A DNA stretch of 64,000 nucleotides from Podarcis filfolensis (GCA_964270895.1 OZ185443.1), one strand, 5' to 3'. Shown: positions 1-13,860, counted from the first letter of the stretch. Numbers and translations: made by a program. Notes: generated by a model not told the origin, from the sequence alone.

Positions 1-979
1 GGTCTGTTAGGCTATTCGATTCTTGTGTCTAGTGTAAAGGAGAGGATCTGTATCGTTGCGTGTGATGAGGCCTGCTGCTTAGTAATTCCAGGCTGCTTTC
101 ACTACTTGTGTTTTGTGCTTGCTTCAGAGAGCCCCAATACAGAACCCTTTTGCCTTTGGCAAGACAGGAGTTGTAGGAAACAAAGACATTGGTACATTTC
201 TTTTAACTCTGAGGTAGGATGCAAATGTAATCGGCTGATGCAGTGTTTTCTGTATTAGCTTCAATTTCTATAGTTGAAAAAAGCATTCCTTCAGAGAGTC
301 TGTAGGATGCTGAACGTTCCACCAGCTGCAAGGAGGGGGAGATTCAAAATCCATTTTCTTGGTGTAATTTGTGTAGCTCTGCTAAATGTGTTGCTATTTT
401 CTGCCCTGCTCTGACACAGAGACAATAAAGCGAGCCTGCCATGGAAATTAGGAGCAGGCCTCAAGACTTGTAGGAAGTAATGCAGTGCAGCACAAAAGAG
501 GCCATAAATCAGCTGGAAACAACCACTTGGTACTAATGGCTCATTTGTTTGGACTTCTCCTTTGATGGTGGCCGCCTTCTGCCGAGATGAAGGCCAGGAG
601 AATAATGTCTGCCAAAGGGTATATTTAAAGCAAGCCAATAATGAGAGCCACTGGCTTGCCATGGAGATTCCACTCGGGAACCTGCTTTGTAATCTGAGAT
701 CACTGCAGAGAAAAATCAAGCATTTTGGAAAGGCAGCCTGCGCTGTCTTGCAGTGCCACCTGCCTTCTCAAGGACCTGTTAGCAACCTTGATAAGTCAAT
801 AGCTATCATTCATGGAAAGAGATAGGTTAGATCCAAATGCATTTGATATTACAGGTTCTGTAGCTTTCAGATTGTGAGTCTGAAAGTCGTTCCGATTCTG
901 AAGGTCATTCTGTGAGTCAAAGCATTTGGTCAGACAATAATTTAAGCTTTTTATGCTTCAGGTGAGGGGTTACACCAGC

Positions 980-1175
980 GAGAGCCAGTGTGGTGTAGTG
1001 GTTAGAATATCGGACTAGGACTTGGGAGACCAGGGTTCAAATCCATGAAACTTGCCAGGTGACCTTGGCCCAATAGGAGTCTCTCAGCCTAACTGAACAA
1101 CCTCACAGGATAAAATGGTTGTGTGTGTATCACCTTGAGCTCCTTGGAAGAAAGATGGGTTAGAAATATGATTAA
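980..1175 (+). mobile_element. tRNA-derived squamate SINE (Squam3-like)
   Basis: gagagccagtgtggtgtagtggttaga (A box) ... ggttcaaatcc (B box) ... gtgaccttggcc ... ctcagcctaac ... cctcacagg. Confidence 0.75.
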
Positions 1176-2253
1176 TTATATATATTGCTGTGAATGTGTA
1201 TCAAGAAGACAGAACGAGAAGCCTGACATGCTAGTTTTCTTCAATGTAGGCCTTTTGTTTTAAAATGCAGGAGATTATATATCATGTGAGTATTTGCATG
1301 CAGTGTTGGCTAATGTACACATTTTAAAAATCAATTTTCCCCAATACACATTTTTGTTATTTTCACAAATGTAGCTACACTTTCCCCTAATATACACAAA
1401 CTGCCCAAGAGCTGAGCTGAATCTCATCTATAAGTAGTAGATTCCTCCAATATCCTGACTTTTAACAGCTATTATAGGAAAGCAATCCCATTTTCACCTC
1501 ACTTTTGTTTTGTAATGCTATTTTCATACGCCTCAAAGAACTGGATGAATGCAATCTTGCAGACTGTCGTGCCAAAGACATTATGTGTGAGCCATGTGTT
1601 TGCCATTTCCAGACACCATTCTCCTGCCCCAAGGGGTGAAAAGATCACAGAAATGGGGTAAATTGCACATACCTATTTGGAACAGAGCAAAAAGGTCAGC
1701 CTGTTCTCTCTCCCTAAAAAGGTTTAAGCTACAGGATCACTCGCAAAATTCCGACCGAGAGGCACTCTTTTATATTCTGCGAAACATTGATGGGGGCTGT
1801 TTAAATAAGCTGAAATAAAACAGAATGGTTCATATGCGAACCTTTGGCACATAGCAAAGTAGTTCCTTCAGGCAGTGTTGATCTTCTAGAGTACAAGCTG
1901 GGTCTGAACGTGATAATTCCATTGGCATTGAGAGAATGATGTGTCTCACTTCTGAAACCTGTCCGATGGCTGTTTATTCACAGTGAGCTGATTTATTTGC
2001 AGTGATTTGGAGCTGATTGCTTTCTGGTGACAAATACACCGCTGCTAGCCTCTTTCTGCTAGGTAAATGTCATTTGTAATTGTAGCAGTCTACCTCGCTC
2101 ATTCCTATAGTGCTGCACTTTGTGTTTTCTGGTAACAATGCTGGTGAAGTTAGCAAGAAATAGACACATCATTTGAATTGCCACCATTCATCAAACTTGT
2201 TCTTAATAGTCGAGTACCTTTACTCCAGGGTGGGAAACCTGTGGCCCTCCATA

Positions 2254-2385
2254 TCATAGAATTGTAGAGTTGGAAGAGACCCTGAGAATCATCTAGTCCA
2301 ACCCCCTGCAATGCAGGAATATGCAGCCATCCCATACGGGGATCGAACATGCAACCTTGGAATTGTCAGACCATGCTCCTTGTTG
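2254..2385 (-). mobile_element. tRNA(Ile)-headed SINE with CR1-type 3' tail
   Basis: Reverse-complement copy of the element at 4776-4924. Confidence 0.75.
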
Positions 2386-4775
2386 GACGTCAACTCCCAT
2401 CACCCCCAGCCAGCATAGCCAAAGGTCCCCCTATCCCTTTATCTGGAAAGTCTTAATTCTGATTGCAATGAATGATAACGCATATTTTAAGCTGATGTTC
2501 TGGGTTTGCCTGTACAGCTGTCATTCATCAAACCGGAAGGCCCAAGGTCATATCCACTATTGGCATTTGGCTCAGAACTTTATTACTTCAACCCCTTCCT
2601 TCAGCTTGCTGAGGTACTGTCCCTTCTTCCTGCATTTTATTCTGCTCTTGGTATATCCCATTAGTGTTTGTGTTTTTGGGTGGCCTCCCAGTCTGAAGCA
2701 TGCTCTTTTCATTCACGCTTTCCCCCAGAAACCTGCAGTGTCAGTTACTGGCAAAAGGCTCCATTTCCACCATTTTGGAAAGGGTGAGGCTTCCCACCCC
2801 ACTGACCATGTCCACAATTGCTCAACTCTCAACATACTGTGTCCAACAGCGCAATATAAACAAGGGTCATGGGTAGTTCTGATACAGCTGTATGCTGTAC
2901 TCTACCAAATATTAAATGATGTAATATTTTAAAGACTAAAATGTTTATAAGAGATAGGAGGAGAACATTGAGGTTGTCTTTGGCTGTGAGGAGTTGACAT
3001 TTGCAGGAAAGTGGGGTATTTTCTCTCTCTTGAGTTCTTAGTGAGTGATGAGCGATGCTTTTAGGCAGAGAAGGGGTCTGCCACCAGAGGTTTCCTTGTT
3101 GCACTGGCAGGGCGCTCTGTGGCATTAATCCACAGCTGTAGGAAATGACATGCGCTGGGCTGAGGGCAGCCTTGGATCTGCAGCATCCCAAGTTTGCTTG
3201 CTCCTCTGATGCATATACAGACAGACACAAGTAGAATAATTATCTCAGTCCCAGAGCTGTTGTGGCTGTTTTCAATCCCATTTGGGGGGGGGGGTGATAG
3301 ATTTTTGAAATGACAACTAACTTAGCAATTCATAGTTAGTGGGATAGCAAAAGTTGCTGTATGCCTGTATGCGGCTAGGAGCTACTCATGAAATCTGTTG
3401 CACTCTGTGAGATCATGTGAAAGTTCAGCAAGATCTTCCTGGAAATTGGTGCTACTTCTCTGCTTTGGGAGTTTATGGCACTTGAGGTGGTTGGTTCACT
3501 CCTTTTCCTGGCCTATACTGAGCATAGGAACATGCTGCCCTGTCCACTCCACTCTCCCTCACAGACCACGTGCACCCCCCCCCCCCGTGGGCCGTTTTGA
3601 CAGCAGTTGTGGACACCTACCTGTCAACCATCTAACATCTAAGGATGAATCAGCAGACTTAAACTATTCTGCTAGTTGCTCCTTTGCACGTGTGGCTTGT
3701 CATTCTTTTTAAAGAGGAGATGACTAAAAAATCTGCACATAGTATTTATCACAGTTGATTTATGCAGAAGCTGTGGTGTCCGTTTGTTCCATTCTTCATG
3801 GTTTGCATTCTGCTGAAGCAGATGTTTTCAACGGGTCACCCACCATGACTCATCTTTTGTGCCTGAGGGGAGTTGCAACTAATCCAGCAACAGAGAAGTT
3901 AATTTCCCCCCTCTCCCTTTCAATTACCAACATGAGCACCACACTTTATTTGCTATTTTATTGCTTCAAGCCCCTGTAGCATGAGATCAATTTGTCAATC
4001 TGTTTGTAAAATATGTATCTACAGGATTGGCCGTGCTTTTATTAACATCTTTCCCCATGTTATTAATGAATATATAGCTCAGAACAATGATATTGTCATT
4101 AATCAGATGTGGCACAAATGTTTGTTTGGCTGCAGGAGAATGACAAATGAACATATGAAACCGCCTTCTGCAAAGGATGACACTAGGCCAGTATTTTTTG
4201 TCCTCTGATTTGGTTCTCCAAAATCTCAGGCCTCTCCCACACCTTTTAACTGGAGATGGAATATCTTGAGTAGTATATTCAAAGCACATGCCATGAGAAA
4301 GCGATGACCTCTCTCTCTTTCTAGTGTCTTGGGACAAGGATTCTATCTAAGTACCCCTGCACATGTTGACTCCCATTGGTGATTCCAAACAGGTATTCTT
4401 GCCAACCACTACATATATTATGGGATAGATCTTTTGATATTTGCCCTGCTTCCCTCTCTTTCAAAAGCATCAGAGCACCTGACCCTCTCAAAAAAAACAC
4501 AAAAAAAGGAAAAAAAGTTGGTTATGCTTCTGTAACTATGCGGGAGTTTTCCCACACATAATACCTTTTCATGGAGAACAGTGCAACTGTGATTCTAATG
4601 TCAATGCTTCTAAGGTATCTTACTATTAAGCCCCCAAAATCATGGAAAAGAGGAAGCATTTGCCTGTGGGATCATGCACATTCTGTGGGTTGCCTATTGG
4701 GATTCATGCATAGGAGGGAATGTCTGCAGTTTACCCGTCAAGTTGATGTTACCTTCTTCATAAAAGAGTTACCAT

Positions 4776-4924
4776 CGGTATAGCTCAGTTGGTTAGAGCG
4801 TGATGCTGATAATGCCAAGGTTGCAGGTTTGATCCCCGTATGGGACAGTTTCTTATTCCTGCATTGCAAGAGGGTTGGACTAGATGGTCCTCAGGGTCCC
4901 TTCCAACTCTATGGATTATCTATG
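4776..4924 (+). mobile_element. tRNA(Ile)-headed SINE with CR1-type 3' tail
   Basis: tagctcagttggttagagcgtgatgctgataatgccaaggttgcaggtttgatccccgta followed by gggttggactagatg...gtcccttccaactctatg. Confidence 0.8.
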
Positions 4925-5134
4925 TCAGAACAACTGGCAAACAACGAAGCAAAACTCACACAGGACATCATTTCTGGAATATAACCACCATGCCTAGTAA
5001 GTAATGTACTGAAGTTGCTACCAATAAGAAAAGATCAAGATCCATTCTTTTATGAATGGAAAACAATAAACAGTGTCTTTTGTTTCCCATACTTTAAATT
5101 AAATAACCAAATTTGATTATTGGTTATGCAGAGG

Positions 5135-5142
5135 TAATAATG

Positions 5143-5186
<44 letters not shown>

Positions 5187-5187
5187 T
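5135..5187. repeat. (TAA)n microsatellite
   Basis: Direct reading. Confidence 0.95.
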
Positions 5188-5266
5188 AGAGGTTGCTAAG
5201 TTTGCCCTGTTAAACTTGTACCAAAAAAAGGCATACAATTAGTGCTACATTTAACACTTGTACATT

Positions 5267-5276
5267 TTTATTTAAT
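5267..5276 (-). promoter_or_regulatory. Polyadenylation signal (overlapping ATTAAA and AATAAA)
   Basis: Plus strand tttatttaat, followed on the minus strand by a U/GU-rich tract (GTATGCCTTTTTTTGG). Confidence 0.7.
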
Positions 5277-5790
5277 TAAATCAGCCATTGTACACGTTGC
5301 AGCTATGTATTGTTAGTGTTGTTGTTTTGTTTTGTCTTTTTTAAAATCTTTTTAACTAATACATGCCCTCATAGATATATTCAGTTAGTGTTATCACCAT
5401 GGGAACAAGATGCTGACTCATCAACTTAAAATCACTTCTTCTCACAGTATTCAAGTTCTCTGATAACACAGCAAAAAATCAAAACCGATAAAGGAGGATA
5501 GCCATTATGCTGTTACACAGAACATCATCTGCACCGCAAAGTACACAACAGAAATGCGTTTCTTTTAGAGCCCCAGTCTTGAAGGTCAACCAGTGATGTT
5601 CTTGACAATGAGAAATGAGCTATTGTGTGTCCTGAAATGGGTCTCCTTCCATTTTGGCAGTCACAAGTGCTTGCCAACCAAAATGAAAAATGTTAGAATG
5701 GCACTTTGGGTAGCTTTCTTAGCAGGCGGCCAAACACCCTTTCCTTTCTCTCCACATGGTTAGTTAAATGAAGAGGTGCCATTTGTAACA

Positions 5791-5796
5791 TTTATT
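5791..5796 (-). promoter_or_regulatory. Possible proximal polyadenylation signal AATAAA
   Basis: Plus strand tttatt within the UTR. Confidence 0.35.
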
Positions 5797-7330
5797 TTCG
5801 GTATTCTGAGCACTGAGTCAATTATTATTATTTTTTTTTACAAGAAGGAAAATCTGGCTAGGTTTTGAAAAATATCAACCCTGGAGGACTTGACTCATCC
5901 TTGTTGAATATACTTTGTCTTTATCAAATAACTGATTCAAAATGTATATCATTTTATATGTATATATATAATATATATAATTACATATATATGTTAAAAT
6001 GCAACAGAGCTCCAGACCACTATTAGAATTAGGTACAGACCACAGAATAATTCCAGAGTTGCATATGCCCTTCTTGGAAAAATCAAAGTGCAGACATTTA
6101 CATGATGATTTCTGAAAGTTGGTTAAGGAATATAAATAAAACGACGACAAAAAAAACAAATGCCCAATGGATTCATATCCCTCCATAAGCAAATCTCTGA
6201 AGAACAATCTCAAATGGAAGGTTAAGCTCCGCTCGCTCAGTGCTGAGAGAGATAATCTGTTGACATGGTTACAAGAAGGTTGAGTCTGTGTTTCCCAATG
6301 CCACATGCATAAACCAGGTTAAGAGACAGTCTTGATAGAATGTGATAAATTTAGAGTAACCTTTCTTAAGAGTGGGAAAGGGTTTCTTTTCCCTTATCAA
6401 GTTATCTACAGTGCAGTGGCCAGCAGGAATAACCACCAATAAGACAGCGTGGTTTGCTAAAGCAGTGATGAAAACAGGAAATTACAGGAGTTAGAGCTTT
6501 TTTTGTTTTGTTTGTAATGCACCTTGCCTCTTGTTCCAGTCTAAAAGATTTGAATACAGTATACAAATGTGCCACAGATATAGCTGCTAGCAAGTTATAC
6601 CTAACTGGGTATTTATTTCTTCAGGAAATCTTTAGGTGGCTTCCCAGGAGTCATAAAGCAGGGGTGGCTGCATTCAGCTGGCAACAGCTGGAGTTTGAGG
6701 TTGCGGCCTGACTCTCAGAAACTTTCAAGTCAAGGAGATCAACAAACTGGAAGTCCTATAAACATGGGAGGCTGACATGCTTCCTTCTCAGTAGATCCAT
6801 GTTGTATATTCAACGGAAGAGTAATTAATCGCTCTTCAACAGTTTCAACAGACCGTGTAGTTCTCGATCCTAAAAGTAGTCACGAAAGGCAGTGTTTCTT
6901 TCTTTCAGTCTTGTGAGTCCAAGCACTTTAGCTATTTACAGGTTAATGTTAGCATCCCTTTTTAAAAAAAATGCACATACATTGTGATTTGAAGAGGCCT
7001 GTGGAAGAAGCTATGTTTGTATGGATCGGATGCAGAAGCAAAGGAACAACAAAGATGGCAATCTTGACAAGTTTCCAGTATAGCACAAAGTCAATGACTT
7101 TTAGTAGACAAACCATCCCAAATGAAGGATGCTATCTTTGGTCACAAATTAGCTTACAGATATTTGAAAAGAAAGAAAAGAAAAGAAAAACAACCCTACA
7201 CTATATGCCAAGTCGAAATGTTAGTGTCCTCTAGTGATTATGTTATGTCATCTACAGCAAAAGAAGAAAGTGAATTCTGGATACTGAATGGATATGTGTG
7301 TTGGTCTGTGGGTGAGATTTTAGCAGCATC

Positions 7331-7514
7331 TCATTTGGCCTCTTTCTTCCACTCATCTTTGCAGAAATGTCTCAGTAGTTGCTGGAGGTCATGCTGAAGG
7401 TCATCCCGGGGTAGTGCTTCTGGTGTGTCCTCCAGCAGTTCCACATGAATACGGTTTCCATACTGGTCCTTAACCACAGTCCTCTTCTGGGTACTGGCTT
7501 TACTCATTGTTGTC
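7331..7514 (-). CDS. ANK2: ANK2 terminal exon coding part: TTMSKASTQKR...QLLRHFCKDEWKKEAK* (phase 2) or DNNE* (phase 0, stop 7500-7502)
   Basis: ccctgcag|GACAACAATGAGTAAAGCC; both readings match known ankyrin-B C-termini. Confidence 0.94.
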
Positions 7515-10164
7515 CTGCAGGGAAATGATGGGTAAAGAGTGAGCAATCGTAGCATATGCTAAAAAGGAAATGGAATTTCTCTTTTCTAATAATAATGTTT
7601 TGGAGTCATAATAGGTCCAATGAAATTGACTGCAGCAAGGATATGGATGTGAGCTGCCTTAACTATTCTAATAGAAAGGTGGAATATAACAACAATAATG
7701 ACATTTTATTATTGATACTGATGCTAATAATACCACCAATGAAAGCTTGTACCACAATATAATTTTTAACTTCAAATGAACAAAATTTTTTTGGGTTTTT
7801 TTTTAACATGGTAAGATGCCCACCTTCTGGAACCAGGCCTTAAAAACACATGCTTCCATGCACAGCCATTAAGAGAGCTTGAAATAACCATGCAAACCTT
7901 TTCAGGGTGCTAAACCTAGCATGATGATAATTAAATCATGTTTGTTAAACATTTCTACTGCATCTGCTCTCATTGCTGATTTACCTTCACCAATTAAGAC
8001 CCATGCTATCCTTAGCCGTGAACTGCTTAATACTGTTCTCACACAGCTTCCACTATCACAGACAAGAGCTTATAGATTGCATTAACTCTAGCATTTTGTC
8101 CTGTTGACTAGGCTAACTCCAAAATTTATAACATACTTGCACTTAGAAAGTACTTAGTTAGAACTGTCAACTGTCCCCAGACATGGAGTAAAGGGCACAA
8201 GATGCAGCCACCTTGCTGACATAAGCCAGTCTGCCTTGATTTAGTGCCTGGATGGGAAGCCACTGGGGAAACCCATATATATGTAACTTTGAGATCCATG
8301 ATGGAGGAAAGGTGGGAGATTAATATACTATTTCAAAAAACTGGAAATGCCATCATTTTGCAAAAACTGCAACCACTAGCCTGTTTAAGGGTAGAATGCA
8401 TGCTTTCCTCCACTTTGTGAACAAGGCAGCAATCCCACGTCACACTGGTGTTTCAAGGATTTGGAATAAATGCCTTTATCCAGCAATATGAATTGTTGGC
8501 ATCTATTTGTCGCATGGCAAGTGACAACGGTGGTGGGGTGGGGGTGGGGACTGGTTCTGGAACTGATCTGTACCAACTTGTTCTGGAGACAGTTTTGACC
8601 TTTGAAAAGGTAGTTCATGGTATATGACTGTTTCCAGCCATCATCTTAAATCTGCTTTGGTAAATGTCACAGTGACATCGAAGAGAACAGATTGTTAAAT
8701 GGGGCTTGTCTAGTGAATGTGGGTGGTAAACATTTCTATTTATTTTTTTTTAGAAGGGAGCTATGAGAAATGACATCACTCCTGTCTTCTAAGACTTTCT
8801 AAAGTACACGAACCAAAACAGTTTGTCGTTTGTTATTTTAATCTTGCATGGGGAGTCTGTTTGCTTGTTATTTCCTGGGGAGCCGCCTTGGTCTAGTAAG
8901 GGCATCTACACATCTTCCTCATGGCAGAGACAAAGAAATGAATGGACCATGCTGCGCTGGATTTTCTTTGAATGCGGCATCTCCCTAACCAGCTAACATA
9001 CCTCCCACTCCCTTATTGCTTTATTAAAGGGTTTCTTTATGCAACTAAACCATTCCTTGGTCCCCATTTCATCCTCCCATCTTTTCTACATACATAGTCA
9101 TCATTATGTATAGTCTTAAAGGTAGCCAAGATGCCACATAGTATATACATTGTCAGTCTTGACTATTGTCATGGTAAAACACGATGGCTCCACCCATGTT
9201 AAGCCAGTGTGTGATATCATAAAATGGAAAACAAAGGGGGAAGAAACGAGGTGGGAAAGCAAACCGCCATGTAATCCCAACCATGTCTACTCAAAAGTAA
9301 CTGAATTCAGTGTTTACTCTCAGGTAATCTGAGTTAGGCTATAGCTTAACAGAAATTACAAAACAGCAATAAAAATGTGGATTGTGAAATAAGTAGAGAG
9401 AATACATCATGGCTGCCTTATCCCAGCATCTACTCATATGTTTCCTCTAACCATGACATCTGAACCAAAGCGCTGAGATACTAAGGCAAGTCAGCTTCAA
9501 AACATTTGACTATGGAACACTGGAGTAGCTGTTTTGGTTGTACAATTAGTTCTACATTAACTAAAAAATAAGGGTATTAATACTCCCCCCCCAAAGTGGA
9601 AACAGTATTTGAAGGCTCCGCTTGCAAGTTGGCTGAAGCCAAACTTCTCCCTCATTCTCTTAGAATGGCAATGGCACCTACCTGAGAGGTGCCAGAACAG
9701 AGTTCCAGCTGGAAAAAAGCCTTGGCTGAAGCCCTGAACAGTGTATGCCCCCTGGCATACACTGCAGCCCCACTTGTCTGTCTGAATGGCAAAGTGGAAG
9801 CTTGAGAAGATAAATTTCCTCTTCCTAACCTATTTTTAGTGATGCTTCAGTTGTATTTGTTACAGAGAAAAAGGTCAAGCATAGAGTTCCGGTGAATCTG
9901 GAGATCAAAGCATGTAAAATTGACTTAGTGACTCCGAACCAAAATGTGAGGGATCTTTTCAGCCTAAATGTGCAGGTATGTGACTGAATCATACCTGCAA
10001 AATAGTGACAGTCCAGAAGTGGCCTTAGTGTCGATCACTTAGTATTTTCAAGAAATGCTTAAGGTGCTGAGATTCAAAGCTGACATTATTTCACTTCCCA
10101 CACAATTTCTGTTAGTTTGTTAATATTTTGCCATTAAGAAGTTCACTGCCATGCCAACCCAAAC

Positions 10165-10256
10165 CTTTTAATAACTGAGCCATCCTCTTTCATGACCTCT
10201 TTCTCTACTAAAGGAGGGACTTCAATTTTCATTTTGTTACCTGCATAGTTCAGGGC
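10165..10256 (-). CDS. ANK2: ANK2 alternative exon, 92 nt, phase 0-2: ALNYAGNKMKIEVPPLVEKEVMKEDGSVIK(R)
   Basis: cactttag|GCC acceptor, AAG|gtttgg donor; resembles human ALSYTGSHMKVHLPSLVENEILKEDGSIIKR. Confidence 0.9.
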
Positions 10257-10807
10257 CTAAAGTGAAACAAGAAACAGAACCATACCACAAAGGACTTTTA
10301 AAGCACAGCTTAAATATTCCAACCTGCTGAAATGCTGGAGGAAGTCCAGAGCCAATGAGAAAAAGAAAGTTAGCCAAAAAAACAAGCAAACAAACAACAA
10401 ACCATCCACTTCAGCTTTTGCTAATGTAAAATATCTTGTCATTGAGTGCCCATGAATTCAAATTCATTGCATTTTGACTGTCTAAAATATATAGGAGTCT
10501 TCTGTACTTACTGTGAATTTTGAGGAGTCACAACTGAATCTACATCTCTCTGCCACTGCTAGAAAAATGCATTATTTCCAGTAGTGATAGATGAACTTCA
10601 CAGTCCTGCTCCAGAATACATCCAAAAACTGGATATTTGCACTCCCCCCACCCCCCAGGTGTTATAAATTTCCAGCTCTTACCCCAGGACTAGTCCTAGA
10701 TTAGTGAAGCCAGATCCTGCCTTTGCACTTATGAGTATCAAGATACATTTGGCAGTTCTGAAATATCTTCCCAGGAGACCCATATAATCAAGACATACAA
10801 TGTCTAT

Positions 10808-10925
10808 CAGGGATGGGGACCTGTGGCCCTCCAGACGTTGCTGGACTAGAGCTGTTATCAGCCATAGCCATAGCCAACATGGCTGATGGGCTAGGGATGG
10901 TGGGAGTTGTGGTCTTCTGGGACGG
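10808..10925. mobile_element. Degenerate hAT-type MITE related to 42516-42651
   Basis: cagggatggggacctgtggccctccag ... gctagggatggtgggagttgt. Confidence 0.55.
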
Positions 10926-12196
10926 AGGCTCTACATCCCTTGTAGTATATTTTTAATTTTATATACTGCATAATTAATCTAATCTCAGATATTTAATCTG
11001 TGAATGTAGAACATCCATAAAACAGCATAAAAATCCTTAGTCAACATATGGTCAGTGGACCATGATAACCAATTAAAATGGCCAAACTACACCAGGATAT
11101 CAGAGCTACTTTGGACATTTTGTGTCATTCTGCCAAGCGGTAAAGATGATTTTGCCCTAAATCAGATCTAGATTATGTATGGTAGAATGCGTGATAAAGT
11201 AAACTTTGGCATCTACTGAATGTCTTGTGTGATTTTCAGCAGCAGGATCACCTGCATAGCTTGTTGGTTTCCAGAGCATTCTTCTTTGAATCAGTTTATA
11301 GGCAATTTATGGGGTGAATGGGAGGCTTGAGTACTTGATGGTAATTAATTACACAGCTAATGTAATTAATTTTCAGTGTCTCACCAGACTGAGGTGAACC
11401 CATTCTTGTAGGTCACAATGAATATGTGCTTGTGTGACAGTGTGAAGAAGTACTGCAGTTGATAAAAGGAATGTGAATGTCTTTCTATGCCACCATTTTG
11501 ACAGAAGGAAAAATGTAAATTTTAAGTGTGAAAGGAACATCTAATGAGAGTATTGGAAATTACTGAGTTGGAGATACTGAGAGTTACTTCTGGTGAGAAG
11601 CCTCCTGAATTGTTTCCTCAGTTCGGTTAATGAGTATTTTGTGGGTGGAGGGTCTCCAGTGAGATGGGAGGGGTCTGCTGCTGCAATAGTTGGAAATCAG
11701 TGCAGATAAAGTAGTGACGTCATGGAAGGGTGTTCTCGATAGTTAAGCTGAGATATGGTGATGCGATTGGATTAAAATAAAATGTGTTGATTTTTTTTTA
11801 TTCCAATCCTGATTTTCCTGCAGAAGACCTCAGGGTCTTCCTCCCAGTGGTATCCTACTGAGTCACTAATCAGCTGTACATCTGCTTAGCTTTAAGAATA
11901 TGGCACCATCAGATGTTCCTAGAACATTAACTGGGGCTTATCAGGTGTCTCATACAGGACATTTACAGATAGATATTATTTTAGTGGTTTTGTGTATTTT
12001 CTAATTTGGACTTTTTATTTTGAGTTGTTCTGAACATATTAGAAAGGACAGGTAAACTTTACTTAGAAACAAGGCTTCAAATGTACTTCACTGCAGTAAA
12101 CTACTCCGGTTTATGTATATTCTTCTTCCCATATGATTTTACAGTGGTGTTCCAGACTGACACTTCCAAAGACATGTTGAAAAGGCAATATTTTAC

Positions 12197-12376
12197 CTCT
12201 TCAAAGTCATCTTTGGCTGAGGGAAGATCAGTTGCTAAGCTAGCATCTCCATGGTGCTTCTCCATTCGCTCCCCATGTACAACCGTAGTCTTCACAACTT
12301 TGCTGACCTTGCGGCCTTCCACTGGTTCAGACTGAAATTCTGAGGCACTCAGTACACTTGGCTCAGAAAAGGTCAC
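12197..12376 (-). CDS. ANK2: ANK2 alternative exon, 180 nt: VTFSEPSVLSASEFQSEPVEGRKVSKVVKTTVVHGERMEKHHGDASLATDLPSAKDDFEE
   Basis: tttaccag|GTG acceptor, GAG|gtaaaa donor, phase 0-0; matches the long C-terminal isoform of ankyrin-B. Confidence 0.93.
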
Positions 12377-13860
12377 CTGGTAAAGAAAGGTTTCACGGAT
12401 AAGTTGTGTGATTGTGAGCACACACTACTAAGGAGAGCTCAAAACAAGGATTGCTTAGTTAATGTCTGAAATGAATGATACTGAGTTTTGGCTTATCATT
12501 CTAAGTGAACGTAATACATAAATTTAAAGATATGCTCAACTTGTCCTGGTTGCAAAATTTTGCAAGAAATCAATGAATCCTAAATTTCCTCACAAAATTT
12601 CTTCCAGGATGTGAAATCAGTTTACTATAGGAATTCAGATGGTCTTAGCCTGATGTAGACATCACAAATCATATGGCAAACTCCTTCCAAATGAAAACTT
12701 CAATTCCTGCAGTTTCACTATGCATATCATAAGATGTAAATGCTCTGTGACCTTTCTATTTGTACTTCCCCGTCTGAATCTGACTGTTGCCAAGAGAGCA
12801 GTTCTCTGCATGTTGCAGAAACGGCTTTGGGCACCGGCTAATGTGAGTACCTTGAATTTAGGAGTAGGCCAGTCAGCTGAAGATCCCATTAGCAGAGCAC
12901 CCACATGCTATCTTGTTCAGCTGGGGCTTGGGCCAAGACCAAGTCAAGGTAGGCTTCTTTAAGTAGTCAAGGACCTGGGCAGTTCCTACTGAGCTATGGG
13001 GAATGTTCTTTCAGCCAAGAATTGGGGCCATCACAGGCTTTATTGAAGCTGAAAAGGCCTTTATCACTGGTCTTCAGCTGGTGGGTCATGACACAGTAGT
13101 GGGCCGCAGCCAGTTTCAAGGTTGGTTGCAAGAGGAGCACTATCATCATGCAAATATGTGATAAAAGATTAAGGAATGGGTTCCCCAGTGCAGGTCTGGG
13201 TGAAAAGTACCCTGGGTCTGAAAAGGTTTAAGATAAAAAAGGAAGCCCAAACTCCTTGATGACCTGGTTGTGCTGACATCAAGGAGTCTTGTCGAGTTCT
13301 ATATTTTTTTTAAAGTCCTGTGATCAATTGGGTTTGGGGTCATGATACTTGCTAGTTAGAAACAGGGATTTCTAATAAGGCAGACATGTATGAGAATAGA
13401 TAGAGAATAGATAGTTTTACTGTCTGATGTTGGAGAAAACATCTCTCTACTCAATAGGATACTACTCACTCCACCTCCTCCCTAACCCTCCACCCTCAGT
13501 GCAACACTTAGACTGAAGGGACATTTTCAAGGTTCCCTCCCGAGTGAAATGTTCAATGTTCTCCAAATGCAAGTGATCTTCCCAGCAGCAAAGTGATTTA
13601 GAAAACATGATTTGCAGATTTCGAAATGGGTATGCCCTGGATTCATCTACTTGCTTTTCACAATCTACAGATCACAACTTGCCCTTACATGTGCAACCTT
13701 AAAACCCAGGACATGTATGAAAAGGCCCTTAGAAGTGTGCAGACTTGCAACCAAGCGAGGGGAGTTTGCAACTTAAACACAATGGCCAGAAGAAACTCTC
13801 CTGAGGTAATACTACTGTTAACTTTCCTAATTCATTTCTCATTCAATCAATCTAACTAAC

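Larger units (their letters stand above)
5245..7330 (-). other. ANK2: ANK2 3' UTR (~2.1 kb; 3' end approximate)
   Basis: Repeat-poor AT-rich sequence following the stop codon and ending at overlapping ATTAAA/AATAAA signals. Confidence 0.75.

Noticed and set aside
4776-4850. tRNA-Ile gene
   Set aside because: Acceptor stem is broken and the sequence runs into a CR1-type tail; related copies occur elsewhere, so it is a SINE head.
1-5000. Neighbouring gene exons or ORFs such as 2321-2932 downstream of ANK2
   Set aside because: The ORFs overlap SINEs or are compositionally random; no exon chain or recognisable protein was found.
12660-13330. Possible decayed LINE (L2-like) segment
   Set aside because: Only short, ambiguous motif matches; cannot assign family or boundaries without a repeat-library search.
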